From assembly GCA_013239625.1 (NCBI GenBank), contig MU053934.1:8081352-8145351 (forward strand): 64,000 nt of DNA, read 5' to 3'. The position numbers were made by a program, and so were the translations under genes. Within the stretch, counting starts at the first letter, position 1. Each line of letters begins with the position of its first letter. Of this stretch, positions 12,598 to 24,530 are shown one piece after another. The notes below the pieces were generated by a model. The model worked only from the letters and a program-made list of their open reading frames with translations, was not told the origin of the DNA and searched no databases. Source of the DNA: Lama guanicoe. Its lineage: Eukaryota.

Positions 12598-15500
12598 CGG
12601 GCCGGGCGCCCACGGGGCCGAACGGGGGGTTTGGAGCCCGGGCCGGGCGCTCAGGGGGCTGAGTGGATCGCCAGGGCTCCCGGGCAGGCTCCTGCTTACG
12701 ATGGAGGGGAGGTGACAAGGAGGTCCCCGTGGTGACAGGGTCACTCACGGGCGCCATACCAGAGCGGTCCTTTTCACCTGCAGGTCTCCCGTGCTGGGAC
12801 CCCCGAGGACAGATTGCCCAGGCAAGCCCAGGTGGCACTGCACTGCCCCCGCGTCACTCGAGACCGGTGTTTTGGATCGATCGGTTCAGTGAAAGTGCGG
12901 GTGGGCTTGAAATGGTCCTGAGGAAAGGTGATTTCGAGGTTCTGAGCTGTGGGGGTGCCTCTTGCATCCCGAAGAAGGGGTTTTCCTGAGCCGAGGTGGT
13001 GACAGAGTTGCCTGGGGAGATCAGTTACTCCACCCCACAAACGTACTGCTTCTCTGTCGCCCACACGTGAAGGGCGTGGGCCACGGGGCCATCTGTGACT
13101 CACTCAGGGGTCAGCGGACACACGGGCTCTCTCGCTGCGGGGTCTGAGTCCTCCAGGCTGAGGCTGCACCCAAGGCAGGTGGGGACCCCACGCAGGCTTG
13201 GGTTTAGAGTCCCGCGTCCCGGCCTTAAGAAACCGCCGCTCACCTCCCACCCAGGGGCTGAGCGCCTCAAGACAGGCTCAGTTCCACAGGCAGGTCACCT
13301 CCTGCCTGCTCTGATCTCCTTCCCTGTAGGACGGGCTGTCACCTCCCTGGGTCCCAGCTCACGCCCCCATCAGTGCGTCTGTTTGCTGTCCCTTTCTTTT
13401 AGTTTCTCAGGTGAGACCCACCACAGTCACGGCAGAGCCCCCCCAGTCTCCCCCTTTCCCTCCATCGCACGTCCTTCCGGAGCTGACGCTACCCTGATTC
13501 TATCTTTTACAAAAATATCACACTGTATTGTTTCGAAACCTGCTCTTTGAGACCCAGCACCATGGCACTGCACTTGACTAGTGGTACCTTTGTTCCTTAA
13601 GAGCCTTCCCCATGCCAGGGGCTAAGCCAGGCTGTTGGGTGGAAGAGGCCGGGACACGTCCTTCCCATATGTCTGCGGCCGGCCTGCCCTGTTGGCCCTC
13701 GACCAGTTGTTAGGTCAGTACGGCTGTGAACCCCGGGGCTCGCCGCTGCCTCAACAGGACAGATCTTCAGCTGCGAGCTCTCGGTGCGCAGCCAGTAGCG
13801 CCTGCTGACCTCCTGTGGATCTTCCCTTATTGAAATGCTCACACATTTATTTTAGCCTCTCATCTTGTTTCATCCCAAGAAATGGGATGGAACCTTGTGC
13901 CCCAGCAGAGAAAACCCCATAAATCAGGTGTTTCAGGCTGACTGGTCCTCACGCTTTTGTCAGTGCAGATCAGAAACTCGCGCACCGCCGAGAAATTACA
14001 GCGAGTTAAATGTACATAAATACACCGAGCTGATTACGAGCGGCTGGCGTCCTCGTGACAAGGTGAGAATCTCATCCCTCAGTTAAAAAAACAAACCAGA
14101 TCCTCCACTTTGAAGGTCAAGAGGCCCTTTCTCTGAGGTTGAGCTGCACGGATGCTGGAAGTAATTTCGCTCTTTCCCCACGTCTGGGCCAGGAAGGGCA
14201 GCTGCTCTCTCGGGGGCTGTTCGCTCTGCCCACCTGGGCAGGACGTGGCCATCCATCCACTGTCATCCCCAGAATCTTGGAGATGGAACCTGAGTTCTTA
14301 ACCCCCGAGAAGGGCCAGGCCTCACATTTTCAGGCCTTTATGAGGGTGAGCGGCGGGGACTCACTCACCTGCTTGGTGATCGGTCGCCCGTTCTGGTCAC
14401 CTCGGCTTTGGGTACCTGTCAGGAAGGGCTGTCCTGCATCGCTGACCCCTGGCTGTCCTGTCTCTGGATGTCAGCATTCTTGTTTCAATCTTATTTGGGC
14501 CCCATTTTAACTCCACTGAACTGTGAGATCATCACACGAAGTACACTTTGATTTATTTTTAGAAGAACTGCTCTGTTCAGAAGACCCTCATGGCTGATGA
14601 ATTTAGTTATTCCCATAAGTTGTAACATCTGTGGAGAAGCAAGCCCACTGAGTGCAGATGGGAGCTGGAGGTTCGCAGGAAGCACGCCCTTCCCGGCGGA
14701 GGCCTGCAAAGCCTCATTTTACAGCGACCTTGTTAGGTCCTACTTAGACACTCAGAGCTAATCCCTGCCCCACCTCCCCGGCCGGCGGGGGACTCGAACT
14801 CATGGAGAGACGGGTTTGTCTTTATCCTCCTTTATTTTTCCTGGCAACTCTGAGGACCACTCCATGTTCTGAGTGGGATCAGTTGTAACTAGAGTGGGTA
14901 CGTCTCGAGAAAGGCTGCTTAAGTGTCCAAAACTGAGACAGCTTTCCTGCCATTTCCAAGCTCTTTCAGACGCGGATCCGGGTGGGGCCAGCACGGCCGT
15001 TTTTGTTGGGGTTTGTCTTTGATCTCGGTTCAGAGGGGCCCGCTGGAAACTCTCCCCCTGATCTTTTGTTCTCTACGAAAACCAGGACGGGTAGATGTGG
15101 TGCAAAAAGCCTCATTGGTGGGAAACCATCTCTGCTGTGTTGAAATGACACACTTAGAAAAACGTCAGAGAAATGGAGCGGCCACCGCCTCAGCCCCCGA
15201 GGGTCGCGGCTCACCCGCCACCAGGTCTTTCTGCTCTTTGCTGAGCCCCGCAGGTGAGCCCCGGCGAGCTTCCGGCGCCCTGCCTTTGGGGGGGTGCGTC
15301 GTGATCCGCCTCCTGCTCCGCGCCCCTCTTGGAGTGAGAACCTGTGTGTCTTCAGATCTGTGCTTTCCTTCGCAGATCACCTTGCTCTTTAAGGCAGTCT
15401 GCTTTCAAAGTTGCCTTTTTCTAATAATGTCAAAAGGGGAAAAAAAAGCTGCCTAAAAGCCTTTTTGGGAGGAAAGAGCCTGGGCATAAATAGATAAATA

Positions 15501-16424
15501 AATAAATAAGTGAAACTCCTACAAAGAAGATTTAAAAAAAAAAAATCAAAGATGGAGCCTTTGTGCTTGGCCTGGGGTGTAAACGGCCGGCTCTTTGTGA
15601 AACGTTTGAGGTTTTCGTTTTCGATGCTCTTTCCTCCTTTTTATGCTCTTGTGATTCCAATAGGAGAGGTGGGGTTTGTTTTCAAGCCTTGCCCAGGCCC
15701 TGGGTGGAGTGACGGAAAGAGAGCAGGCTTTGGAGACGTGCATGTCTCCCTCCATTCAGCAGCTGGCACTGACTGAGAGATGGTTCTGTCGGCGCGTAGC
15801 CTCTCTTTGGGGTGTGCCAGGCCCTGTGTCACTGCTCTGTAGACGGAAACTGAGGCACAGAGCAATTACATAGCTTACCCAGGCTCCCCCAGCTTGTCAG
15901 TGGCCGAGCTGGGATCTGAAACCTGCAGACTGGCTCCCGGGTTCTAAGCTTTTCATTGTGCTGCTCTTCAAATAAAAAAACCTACTATGCACAGGGGCTG
16001 AGTTAGCACTGGTGTGGGCAGACGGTCTGAGAAAGAGACAGTTACAGAGCTGGCTGTGTGATGCGAGCCAGGCAGAGGGGAGCCTGGGATGGGAGGGGAG
16101 CACCCAGGAGGGCTTCCTGGAAGAGGCAGCCAGCAAGCTGAGGCTTGAAAATTGGGAGGACTTAGCTGGGCATAGCGAGTGCAAGAACAGGTAGAACTGG
16201 GTTCATTTCTGACTCCAGGGCTCATGGGTGGTGTCCATTAGGTGCCTTCACATCTGGCAGACGTCGGCCCAGCCAGGACCCTGCCGCTCCCTCGCAGACT
16301 TGTTAGGATATCAGACGAATGGAAGGCATGGAAGGTGCTTGGCACACAGTAGGTGCTCAGGAAACGTTAGTGACCATGTCCGACTGACAGGCAGGAAAGT
16401 GGGCTGCACATTTACTGTGACTTA

Positions 16425-16620
16425 GGGTTGTAAACCGGTGGCCCATGGTTGGGCCAGAGAATTTGAATTACTTGTTCACATTTATAAATTGGGAGAATCC
16501 ACACAAAACCTCAGATTTCCAGCTTTTTCTGAAAGCTCCTGAGATCTGGCGACTGTGGTCTGCATGTCCCACACCGTGCTCCTGGGCTGAGCGAGGAGTA
16601 GCTGTCCCTGCGGGGCACCT
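16425..16620. mobile_element. hAT-Charlie (MER102/MER103-class) relic
   Basis: aaacctcagatttccagctttttctgaaag...gatctggcgactgtg; a related inverted copy lies at ~48030-48135. Confidence 0.45.
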
Positions 16621-18428
16621 GTGCTGCCAAATGCTCCCCCTCGGCTGCCCCCTGAGCCTGCCTCCATCCTCTCTCCCTCCTGGCGTTTCCCCAGCCCTGT
16701 GTCCCCTTGCGGCCCGCGGCCCAGGGTGTCACTGCTGGAAGGTGAACTTTGGTGCATCGGAAGTGCGGTGGCTTCAGTTCCTTGCAGTCGGCTGCTGGGT
16801 TTAGTGTGGTCAAGGGCATTCATCTCCAGACAACGGCAGGCACTTAAAAAAGTGATGAGTCCCTGGCCCTGTGACCGCGAGCCCCAGCCCCTTTGAGCGC
16901 CCACACCCGTCGTGCACGCCAGATGCCTGGGGATCTTCCTCCGTGACCCAAGAGAGGCAGTGTTTCGAATCTTTGAAGTGTGTGACTTTCTGGCAAAAGG
17001 ACCAGTCCTTTCAAAACCAAGGCATTCCTGGGATTATCAGAAAGTCACTGACCTGGCAGAGCGGGGTCCTTGGGGAAAAGCCATGGTTCAAGGGGAGCCC
17101 CTCCTTCCAAATGTCGGACGGACCCTCATAAACAGCAGCAGAGTCCCAAAGGGGCACTGTGGTTCAGCAGTGTCACTTCCAGAGTCCCAGCTCTGATCTG
17201 CCACCCACATACTTTACCTGGAGTCCCAAAGTCCCTTTTTTGGATTTTGCCATCTTCCAAGGCCAAGTTCAATTGCTGCCTCTTCCAGGAAGCCTTCCCT
17301 GGTTCTCCCTGAGATGAGTTCACTTGTTCCTCAGAAGCCCCTGCGAGGTCGGTGCTGCTGCCACCCCCACGTTACAGACCAGGACACTGAGGCTTAGCAA
17401 GATGAAGGGACCGGCTGGAGGCCACACGCCAGCACGTGGCACAGTGAGACCTGAACCCGGGGCTCCAGGCCCCAGACCATCCTTGTTTTCCTCCGCCCTA
17501 TGCTTAACAGGCCTGTGGAATGTGCCGTTGGCCCGAGCCTGGGGGTTCTGGGAGAGCATTTCTCCTTTATTGAAGCCGCGAGATCCCGGGTCCTGTTTAG
17601 TGTTATCTTTGATGTTCAAGGGCGGTGTGGAAATGTCTGTTTTCATGTGACCCAGTTTCTCTGCTTTGAAATGCCGTCCCCGTTCTCCTCCCCTCTCCCT
17701 GTGTTTGAGATCAGGCAGCCGGGCTCCTGGAAGCATCTCTTTATTGCCGCAACAACCCCCCCGCCCCACCCCTCTGGTCGTTCCAGCCCTCATCCCGTGT
17801 CCAGGCAACTGGATGACCCATGCGACAGCTCCAGGGCTTCTTAGAGGAGGTACAGGCTCAAGGTGAGGACTCACCTGCGTGGCTCACCTGTGCCCTGAAG
17901 CCCACCTGTGTGGCCCTCCGCCTGCAGGGAACCAGGGTCTTTTGTTCTTCCACTGCTGCAAACAGAACCATCGCAGACAGCCTTGACCCACAGGGACCCC
18001 CCTGGCGTCTCTGTCCTCCTGTGATGTCGGCCCAGGAACCGGGAGTGGGGAGCCCCCCGCCGCTGCCTGCACCCGCCTCCCCAGCTTACAGACATGCCTC
18101 TCACATACGCAAGGACTTTTTGTGAAAAACCCCATTTCCCTCCTTCCCTTTTCTACCTTTGGAAGCTCTTTGTGGGTTAAAAGACTCTTTGTAACTCATA
18201 GTGGAGTAAAAACAATAGCTGAAATATGGTCTCTGTTTTCTCAACGTGCCTGAGTGACGGGGGTGGGGGGGATCTTGGAATGTTGTTAGAAGACTGGGGC
18301 GTGGGCTGATCTCAGGCTCATTTGCCCCGAAGGTGTGTAATGTGTCTGCTTCTTGCCCCAGGGAAGCTCAGGATTTGGGGAGGCGAAGGCGGCTGTGGTG
18401 GGCCCAGCTCTGAGGCTGCGCCCTGCGG

Positions 18429-18631
18429 NNNNNNNNNNNNNNNNNNNNNNNNNNNNNNNNNNNNNNNNNNNNNNNNNNNNNNNNNNNNNNNNNNNNNNNN
18501 NNNNNNNNNNNNNNNNNNNNNNNNNNNNNNNNNNNNNNNNNNNNNNNNNNNNNNNNNNNNNNNNNNNNNNNNNNNNNNNNNNNNNNNNNNNNNNNNNNNN
18601 NNNNNNNNNNNNNNNNNNNNNNNNNNNNNNN
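18429..18631. other. Assembly gap (203 N) followed by a poly-G run
   Basis: N run read directly. Confidence 0.99.
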
Positions 18632-18734
18632 GGGGGGGGGGGGGAGCGGGGCGGGGACTGCGCCTGCTCCTGCTGCGGGCTGCCCTCCAGGCTGGAATGT
18701 TGTTGGGAGGGGCCCACCTTCTCCCCTCTCTTCT

Positions 18735-19170
18735 TCTAAATTGAGGTGAAATATGCGTAACATAAAATTTAGCATTTTTAACCCCTTTTACCCCTTTTTA
18801 GGTGGACAGCTCAGTAGTGGTGTTAAGTACATTCACGTTATTGTGCATCCGTCTCCTGAACTTTTCCATCTTCCCAGACTGAAACTCTGTCCCCGTTAAA
18901 CGCTCCCTCCCCATAATTTCTCCTTTCCGTTGCTGTGAATTTGACTCTCAGGACCTCACGTAAGTGGAATCAAACAGGATTTGCTGTTTTGTGTCTGGTT
19001 TATTTCACTTAGTATAATGTCTTCAGGGTTCACCCACGTGGTGGCTTGTGGCAGAATTTCCTTCCTTTTTATGGGTGAATAACATTCCATTGTATGTCGG
19101 GACCGCACTTGTTTATCCTTTCATCCATCAGTGGACACTTGGGCGGTTTCCACCTTTGGGCTGCGAATCG
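18735..19170 (-). mobile_element. L1MB-like 3' fragment
   Basis: aattgaggtgaaatat...ttaagtacattcac...ctggtttatttcacttagtataatgtcttcagggttcaccca...cattccattgtatg. Confidence 0.8.
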
Positions 19171-20473
19171 CTGTGTAAATCATCGCTGCTGTAGATCATG
19201 GTTGTGCAGGAGAACCCGTTTCTTAACAGTCCTGTGTCAGGGCCTTCCTGATGTTAGAAGCTGTGTCTCCCTTGTGAGGGACAGAGGGTGGCTGGTCCCC
19301 AGAGCTGGGTCTATCGCTGAATCTGGAGAGCCCGCCGTGTGCTCGGCTCTGGGCTTGGGGCCTGACGTTTGTCATTTCATTCGATTCTTCCAGGGGCCCT
19401 GACATTTTAAGGAAACGGGGAGAGAGGTTACCAGAGGTGCCTGGGGTTGGGCCACCATGACCTGTCCCCTGGCTACTGTGCCCCCTGCCCCTTCGAGTCC
19501 CTGAACTAGAAGTGTTCAAGGTTCAAGGTGACTGTGGTATGGAAAGAGGACATGGACCTCTGAGGACGTTTTGTTACGGTGGGGGGGGGTCCTCTGCCTG
19601 TGTCACTGGTGATCGCCGACAGAGAGGGCTGGTTTTGTGGCACGTGGTCGGGGACTGTCGCCCAGCAGTTCTCAGCCAGGGCTGGGAAGGCGGCAGGTGC
19701 CCAGCCTCACCTGTACCCTCTGAATGGGGTCTCGGGGCCGGAGCCTGGAGTCCGATGGCAGCTGGGCTGGTATGACTCAGGGTGCTTTCCCGGGGGTCTC
19801 TCTACTGTGGGATCGAGGGGTCCTTTCTGCACGGCAGGATCCACGCTGCCCCTCCCATTGTGTTACCCTGGGGGCCCTGCGACTGTCCACCGACTGCCCT
19901 CTAGACAGGGGTCCTGTGCTGCCAACTCTGACTTCTGATCCAGTTTGTTAGATCCTGTTGCTTGTTCCACTGCCCCCGACCCTGGGCATCACCTGGTGTC
20001 AGCCCAGCAGGATTCTGTCCCCGAACCTGGGCTCGCCTGTGTGCATGCTGGGGTTGGGGATCTTCACACCCGGAGTCCACAGTCGAGGACACAGCCGTCC
20101 AGGTGGGGAGGGTAGCTGCCTTTTCAGGCCCTGTTGCTGTGATCCAGGCTTTGTCTGTATCAGCAGCCGTGGGCAGATCTGGAAGCATCCAGAAGCTTCT
20201 GCGTCTTCGTCATGTATTCCAAAGAGCAGTGAAGCCCTGGCAGGGCTTGATGGGACACGGGGACTGTTTGGCTGGGGGAACAATTGCAGAATGTATTCTT
20301 GGTCCGGAGCATTTTTCCTTGGACTCTGTTTCTGGGCAGCAAGCCATTTTGGAATGTTTGTTAAGTGCTTAAAAAACAGGAGTTGATTTCTCCGTGTTTC
20401 CCCTGCCAACGTGTGAGGCTACTATATTCCATTTATATTGACTGGCTTTTTCCTTTCTCTTTCTGCTCAACAG

Positions 20474-20563
20474 TGAGTGACCTGCAGGAAGAAGGCAAAA
20501 ATGCCATCAACTTGCCGATGTCCCCTGCCTCGGTGGAGATTCACCCTGAAGACACCCTGCTCG
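20474..20563 (+). CDS. PARVB: PARVB coding exon 2 (90 nt): (V)SDLQEEGKNAINLPMSPASVEIHPEDTLL(E)
   Basis: Pyrimidine tract ttttcctttctctttctgctcaacag acceptor; donor G|gtaccg; phase 1-1. Confidence 0.95.
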
Positions 20564-21781
20564 GTACCGTGGGTCCTGCCAGTTCCCTGCCGTGGGCCAG
20601 CTGAGCTGCTGGGGGGTGTGGTTCACCAGGGGGTCGTGGCCATTTGATCAGATGTCACACAGGGTGGCATTTGAGAGTCTGCACTCTCAGCTCAAGGTCA
20701 CGTTTGGGAAAGTCTGTAGTGGAAAAGCCAGCCTTCCGCTGTAGGTTTCTGCCGCTCTGACTTCAAACGTCAGTTTCGCTATTATAGAAGTGCGGATCAG
20801 GAGACTCCTGCTGCTGAAAAGATGGTTTGCTACACATATGGTTCCCACGGTGAGGAGGGAAGGCGCTGGGGTTGGACAGGAGGCAGAGAGTGAGGGGGAA
20901 ATGTGGGCAGAAGCCTTTCTTGTGGATTTCATGGAAAAGAGCGGGGAGGCAGAGGAGCAGGTTTGGATTGTCTGGTTGAGGTCACTTCAGGGGCCACCCT
21001 GAGTTGTCTGTATCTGGCCTTGGGGTGATGAGGGTAGAGGCTACGGGCTGGGAGTGTGAGGGCCCTCAGTACAAGAGGTGGCTGGGAGATGTGGGCTCTG
21101 CACTGTCGTTGCATTTGAAAGGCACTCATAGGGGACACGTTTGCTGTCCTGGGACTCAGCTAGCTCTAGGAGGGGCAGTCCCTCCAGGTCCCCAAGGCCC
21201 CAAGATGTCAAAGCAGTAGAAAATACAGAAAATAAGGAACACGATTAATACACGCCCCCCTCCATCTCTGCATGGGCCAGAGCAGCCCCAGTGCCAGGCG
21301 CTTGCGAGGTGGCATCTGCCAAGTGGTGACGGCCCCACACCCACACCCACTGCCTGGGGACCGAGTCACAGCCGGCACTGATGGGCGATGGCCTGGACGC
21401 GCGTGCCTTAAAGCATGTTTTGAGATTGGTTGGCTCTGGAAGACAGTCTCGGAACATTCCACTGTTTCCAAACCCTGGTTCAAAGGGAAGTCCTGACCTA
21501 TCCCTCTGTCGTGGTTCCCAGCACATGGCCAGGCCAGCAGGAGCTCGTGGGGAAGAAACGCAGACGCCGGTTCAGTCCGGCTGACCTGACGCCCAGTGCT
21601 GGACGAGCTCGGGGGTGCCCCTGGGGTCCCCTGCGTCTTCCCCTCTCCTCTCGGAAGCAGTCCCTTCACTGTCGGCGGTGGTACATTGTCTTCAGTCTGG
21701 TTGGAACTGCTGCCCAGGGAGGTGACCCTCTTTGAGGGGAAACTGGGATGAGCACAGTCTGAAAATGACCCTGATTCAGAA

Positions 21782-22020
21782 CAGGGTCCCCTCCACCCTC
21801 ACGCTTGGCACTGTGGGTGGCTGGCTCTGGATGACTCTTTATGGCGGGGCTGTCCTGTGTGTTGTGGGGTGTTGATCAGCACCCCTGGGCTCTACCCACT
21901 AGATTCCAATAGCATCCTGCTCTCTACCAGTTGGAACAACCAAAAATGTCTGCAGGCGTGGCTGCACATCCCCTGGGAGGAGGTGCGGGAGACGCAGCTG
22001 CTCTGCTGAGAACCCTGCTC
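21782..22020 (-). mobile_element. MER20-like hAT DNA transposon relic
   Basis: ggggctgtcctgtg...cagcacccctgggctctacccactagat...caaccaaaaatgtct...gctgagaacc. Confidence 0.75.
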
Positions 22021-23264
22021 TAGGCCTGCAGGAGTGCTCAAAACCGGATTTCTCTTAACTGTGTGGCAGGCTTTTGTTGTGCCTTGGACCTGCTTTTCCC
22101 TGGGCCCTAACCTCCCTGCCTTACTATTTTGCTCAATAGCTCCTCTTGGGGCTTACTTTGCTGTGTAAGGTTCTGCTGGCCCCTGTAGCTCTGTGGCCTT
22201 GAGAAGAACTGGCCTGGTCAGCACCTGGAGCTGAGAGCTGAAGGGTGAAGGGGACGTGAAGTGTGGGGAGAGTGTTGGACAGAGAGCAGCAGGTGCCGAG
22301 GCCCAGGGGCCGGCGGTGCTGAGAGGCTGTCAAGAAGTCAGTGGAGGCCGGAAAGGCTGGAGTGGAGGGTGTCGGGGAGAGCTGGGGAAGGAGGCTACAG
22401 AGGGCGGCCACGGGGGAGGATGCCGGCCTTGATCGCAGGAGTGATGGGATGCTGCTGAGGGCCCTCATCAGGGACATCACAATGGACCGCCATGTGGTCC
22501 CCTGCGTGTTACCTGCAGCATCTCTCTGAAGCATCAGGTCTAAACATAGTTGGTCAGGTTTTAAATTTTGCTGTGGTGAAGCCTCTGTCGCTCAAAGTCA
22601 TTTCATTCCCACCGACATGGACAGGGTACCAGCCGTGGGAGCTTAGGCGGGCCCCGGGTGCTGGTCATCGCCACCTGCAGGTCCTGGGGGCCCTGGCTCC
22701 CACCTGGAGCCCGCACTGTGTCTCTTTCCTTTCCTTTTAATGCCCCTGTCAGCTTTGTTCTGCGCCGTGTCTGGTCCTGTGGGTCTCGCCCCTCTGCCAG
22801 CCCCTTCCCCAGCACCATGTCTCCCCATCCTTACGCGCTCGTTGGAGCCGTGGTCCATGGATCAGGCCAGAACGCGGAGGGAAGAACAAACAGATAAACA
22901 GAAAAAGACACGTGTGAACAGTTTGCCATGAGACATCTTCTTTTTTTTTCCCGGTTCTTTCTAAGATTTGTCTCCGTACCTCCTTACGCAGCAGCGAGCT
23001 TTCTCAGAGTGATGGTGGATGAGGGAGCTTTTCCCACAGATCCAATTCAGGCCTGTGTGCATGTCCCCAAAAGATGGGAGTGGACACCCCATCGCCTCCC
23101 GGAAGGCAGGTCCATGCATCGGCCGCCCGCCTGGACTGCTGCAGGGCCGTTTGGTCTGGGCTTACTGAGAGGACCACGGGGGTCTCTGCTCTCAGCACCC
23201 CCATCTGTGTGAGGGAAGCCGCCCGCCCCCACTGACTCTAACCTGACTGTCCTCTGTCCCCCAG

Positions 23265-23335
23265 AGGAGAACGAGGAACGCAGGGTGATCGACCCCACCT
23301 CCAGGGACGACCCCAGATTCAAGGAGCTGGTCAAG
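23265..23335 (+). CDS. PARVB: PARVB coding exon 3 (71 nt): (E)ENEERRVIDPTSRDDPRFKELVK
   Basis: cctctgtcccccag acceptor; AAG|gtgagg donor. Confidence 0.96.
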
Positions 23336-24399
23336 GTGAGGATGAGGGTCTTGGTCGGTCTATCCCTGGTAGGGCAGATCTTGGGGTTCAGGCTCTTGTG
23401 GGCAAAAGAGCAAAGCCTGGGGGCTGGTCCAGGGGCCTCAATGCTGCGTTCCGGGGAGGGTGAGGAGGCTGGATGGCCCGGAGTGCCTCCCAGGGGCCCA
23501 GCCCCACCCTTGAGGCTTGGAGCAGCCGGAGTGAACTCACGTCACCTTGCAGAATGGTGTTCAGGGCGGTCCCGCTCTTGCTGGAGCACAGAGGTGGGGG
23601 GAGTCCAGAGGAGGCTCTGAAAAGCGGGCACGTGGGTCCCTCCGGCCAGCCCTGCTCATCCTCCTCTCATGTTGCTGCCCCTGCCTGCTCTGGCCGGTGG
23701 TCAGATTCTGAAAGTCCTGGAAGCGAGGACGGGCAGGGCGGGGTGGGGCTCTGTGGCTCTTCGCTGGGGCTGTCGGGGGGGGCGGGTGAGGGGCTGGGGG
23801 GGGCAGCCCTCTTATCCGTGGTGGTTTCTCAAGCTCCAGCTCAGCGTCGAGGCTTTATTCCAATGTCTATCCGTGTCCGCGTGCAAACTGCAGTTTTGAT
23901 GGCTCTGACTGAGTCACAATAGGGCTTCAAAGGTAACCCTGGTCAGACCCGACGCCAGGTCTGGGGCAGGCAGCCGTGGAAAACGCCCACCTCTGCAGCC
24001 CCAGCCAGCCCAGCGGACCCCTGGCTTTGATGACAGCGCGCGCCACAGACAACTTCTCTTAAAAGGACGTTTTCAGAAGTTTCTTCACCTTGACCATGGC
24101 TGTTGGGCCTGACGTGGAGCACGACTGCCTTCTCACAGGGCTGGCTCCGGACAAACAAAACCTTCGCGTGTTTCACCTTTTAAAAAACTGAAATGGAAAA
24201 TGTCATTTTGGGGCCCATCCCGAAATGTTGATTCTCAACAACTTAAATTGCTGAGTTTATTTTGTTAAGAATTTTTTTTCTCCCCTGGATACCCACTTTG
24301 GTATTCTGAACAGAAGAATGTTGGTGAGGAAGGTGATCTTGTCTTTCAGGCACCAGAGTGTTCTCCACAGGCCACGTCTACGTAGTAAAAGGGGTGCTC

Positions 24400-24530
24400 T
24401 GTGTCTGTCAGGGCTCTGCAGAGAAGCGGAGCCAGTGGGTGCAGCTCTGTATCCGTCTGTCTGTCTGTCTATAGAGATTTATTCCAAGGATGGGCGCACG
24501 TGACTGGAGGCTGAGTCCCGCCAGCCCAGC
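24400..24530. mobile_element. MLT2-like LTR end fragment
   Basis: tcagggctctgcagagaagcggagccagtggg...agagatttattccaagga...gtgactggaggctgag. Confidence 0.45.

Noticed and set aside
1..20473. Canonical PARVB exon 1 (..KDESFLGKLGGTL..)
   Set aside because: No such coding sequence was found. It probably lies upstream of the window, though the N gap cannot be inspected.
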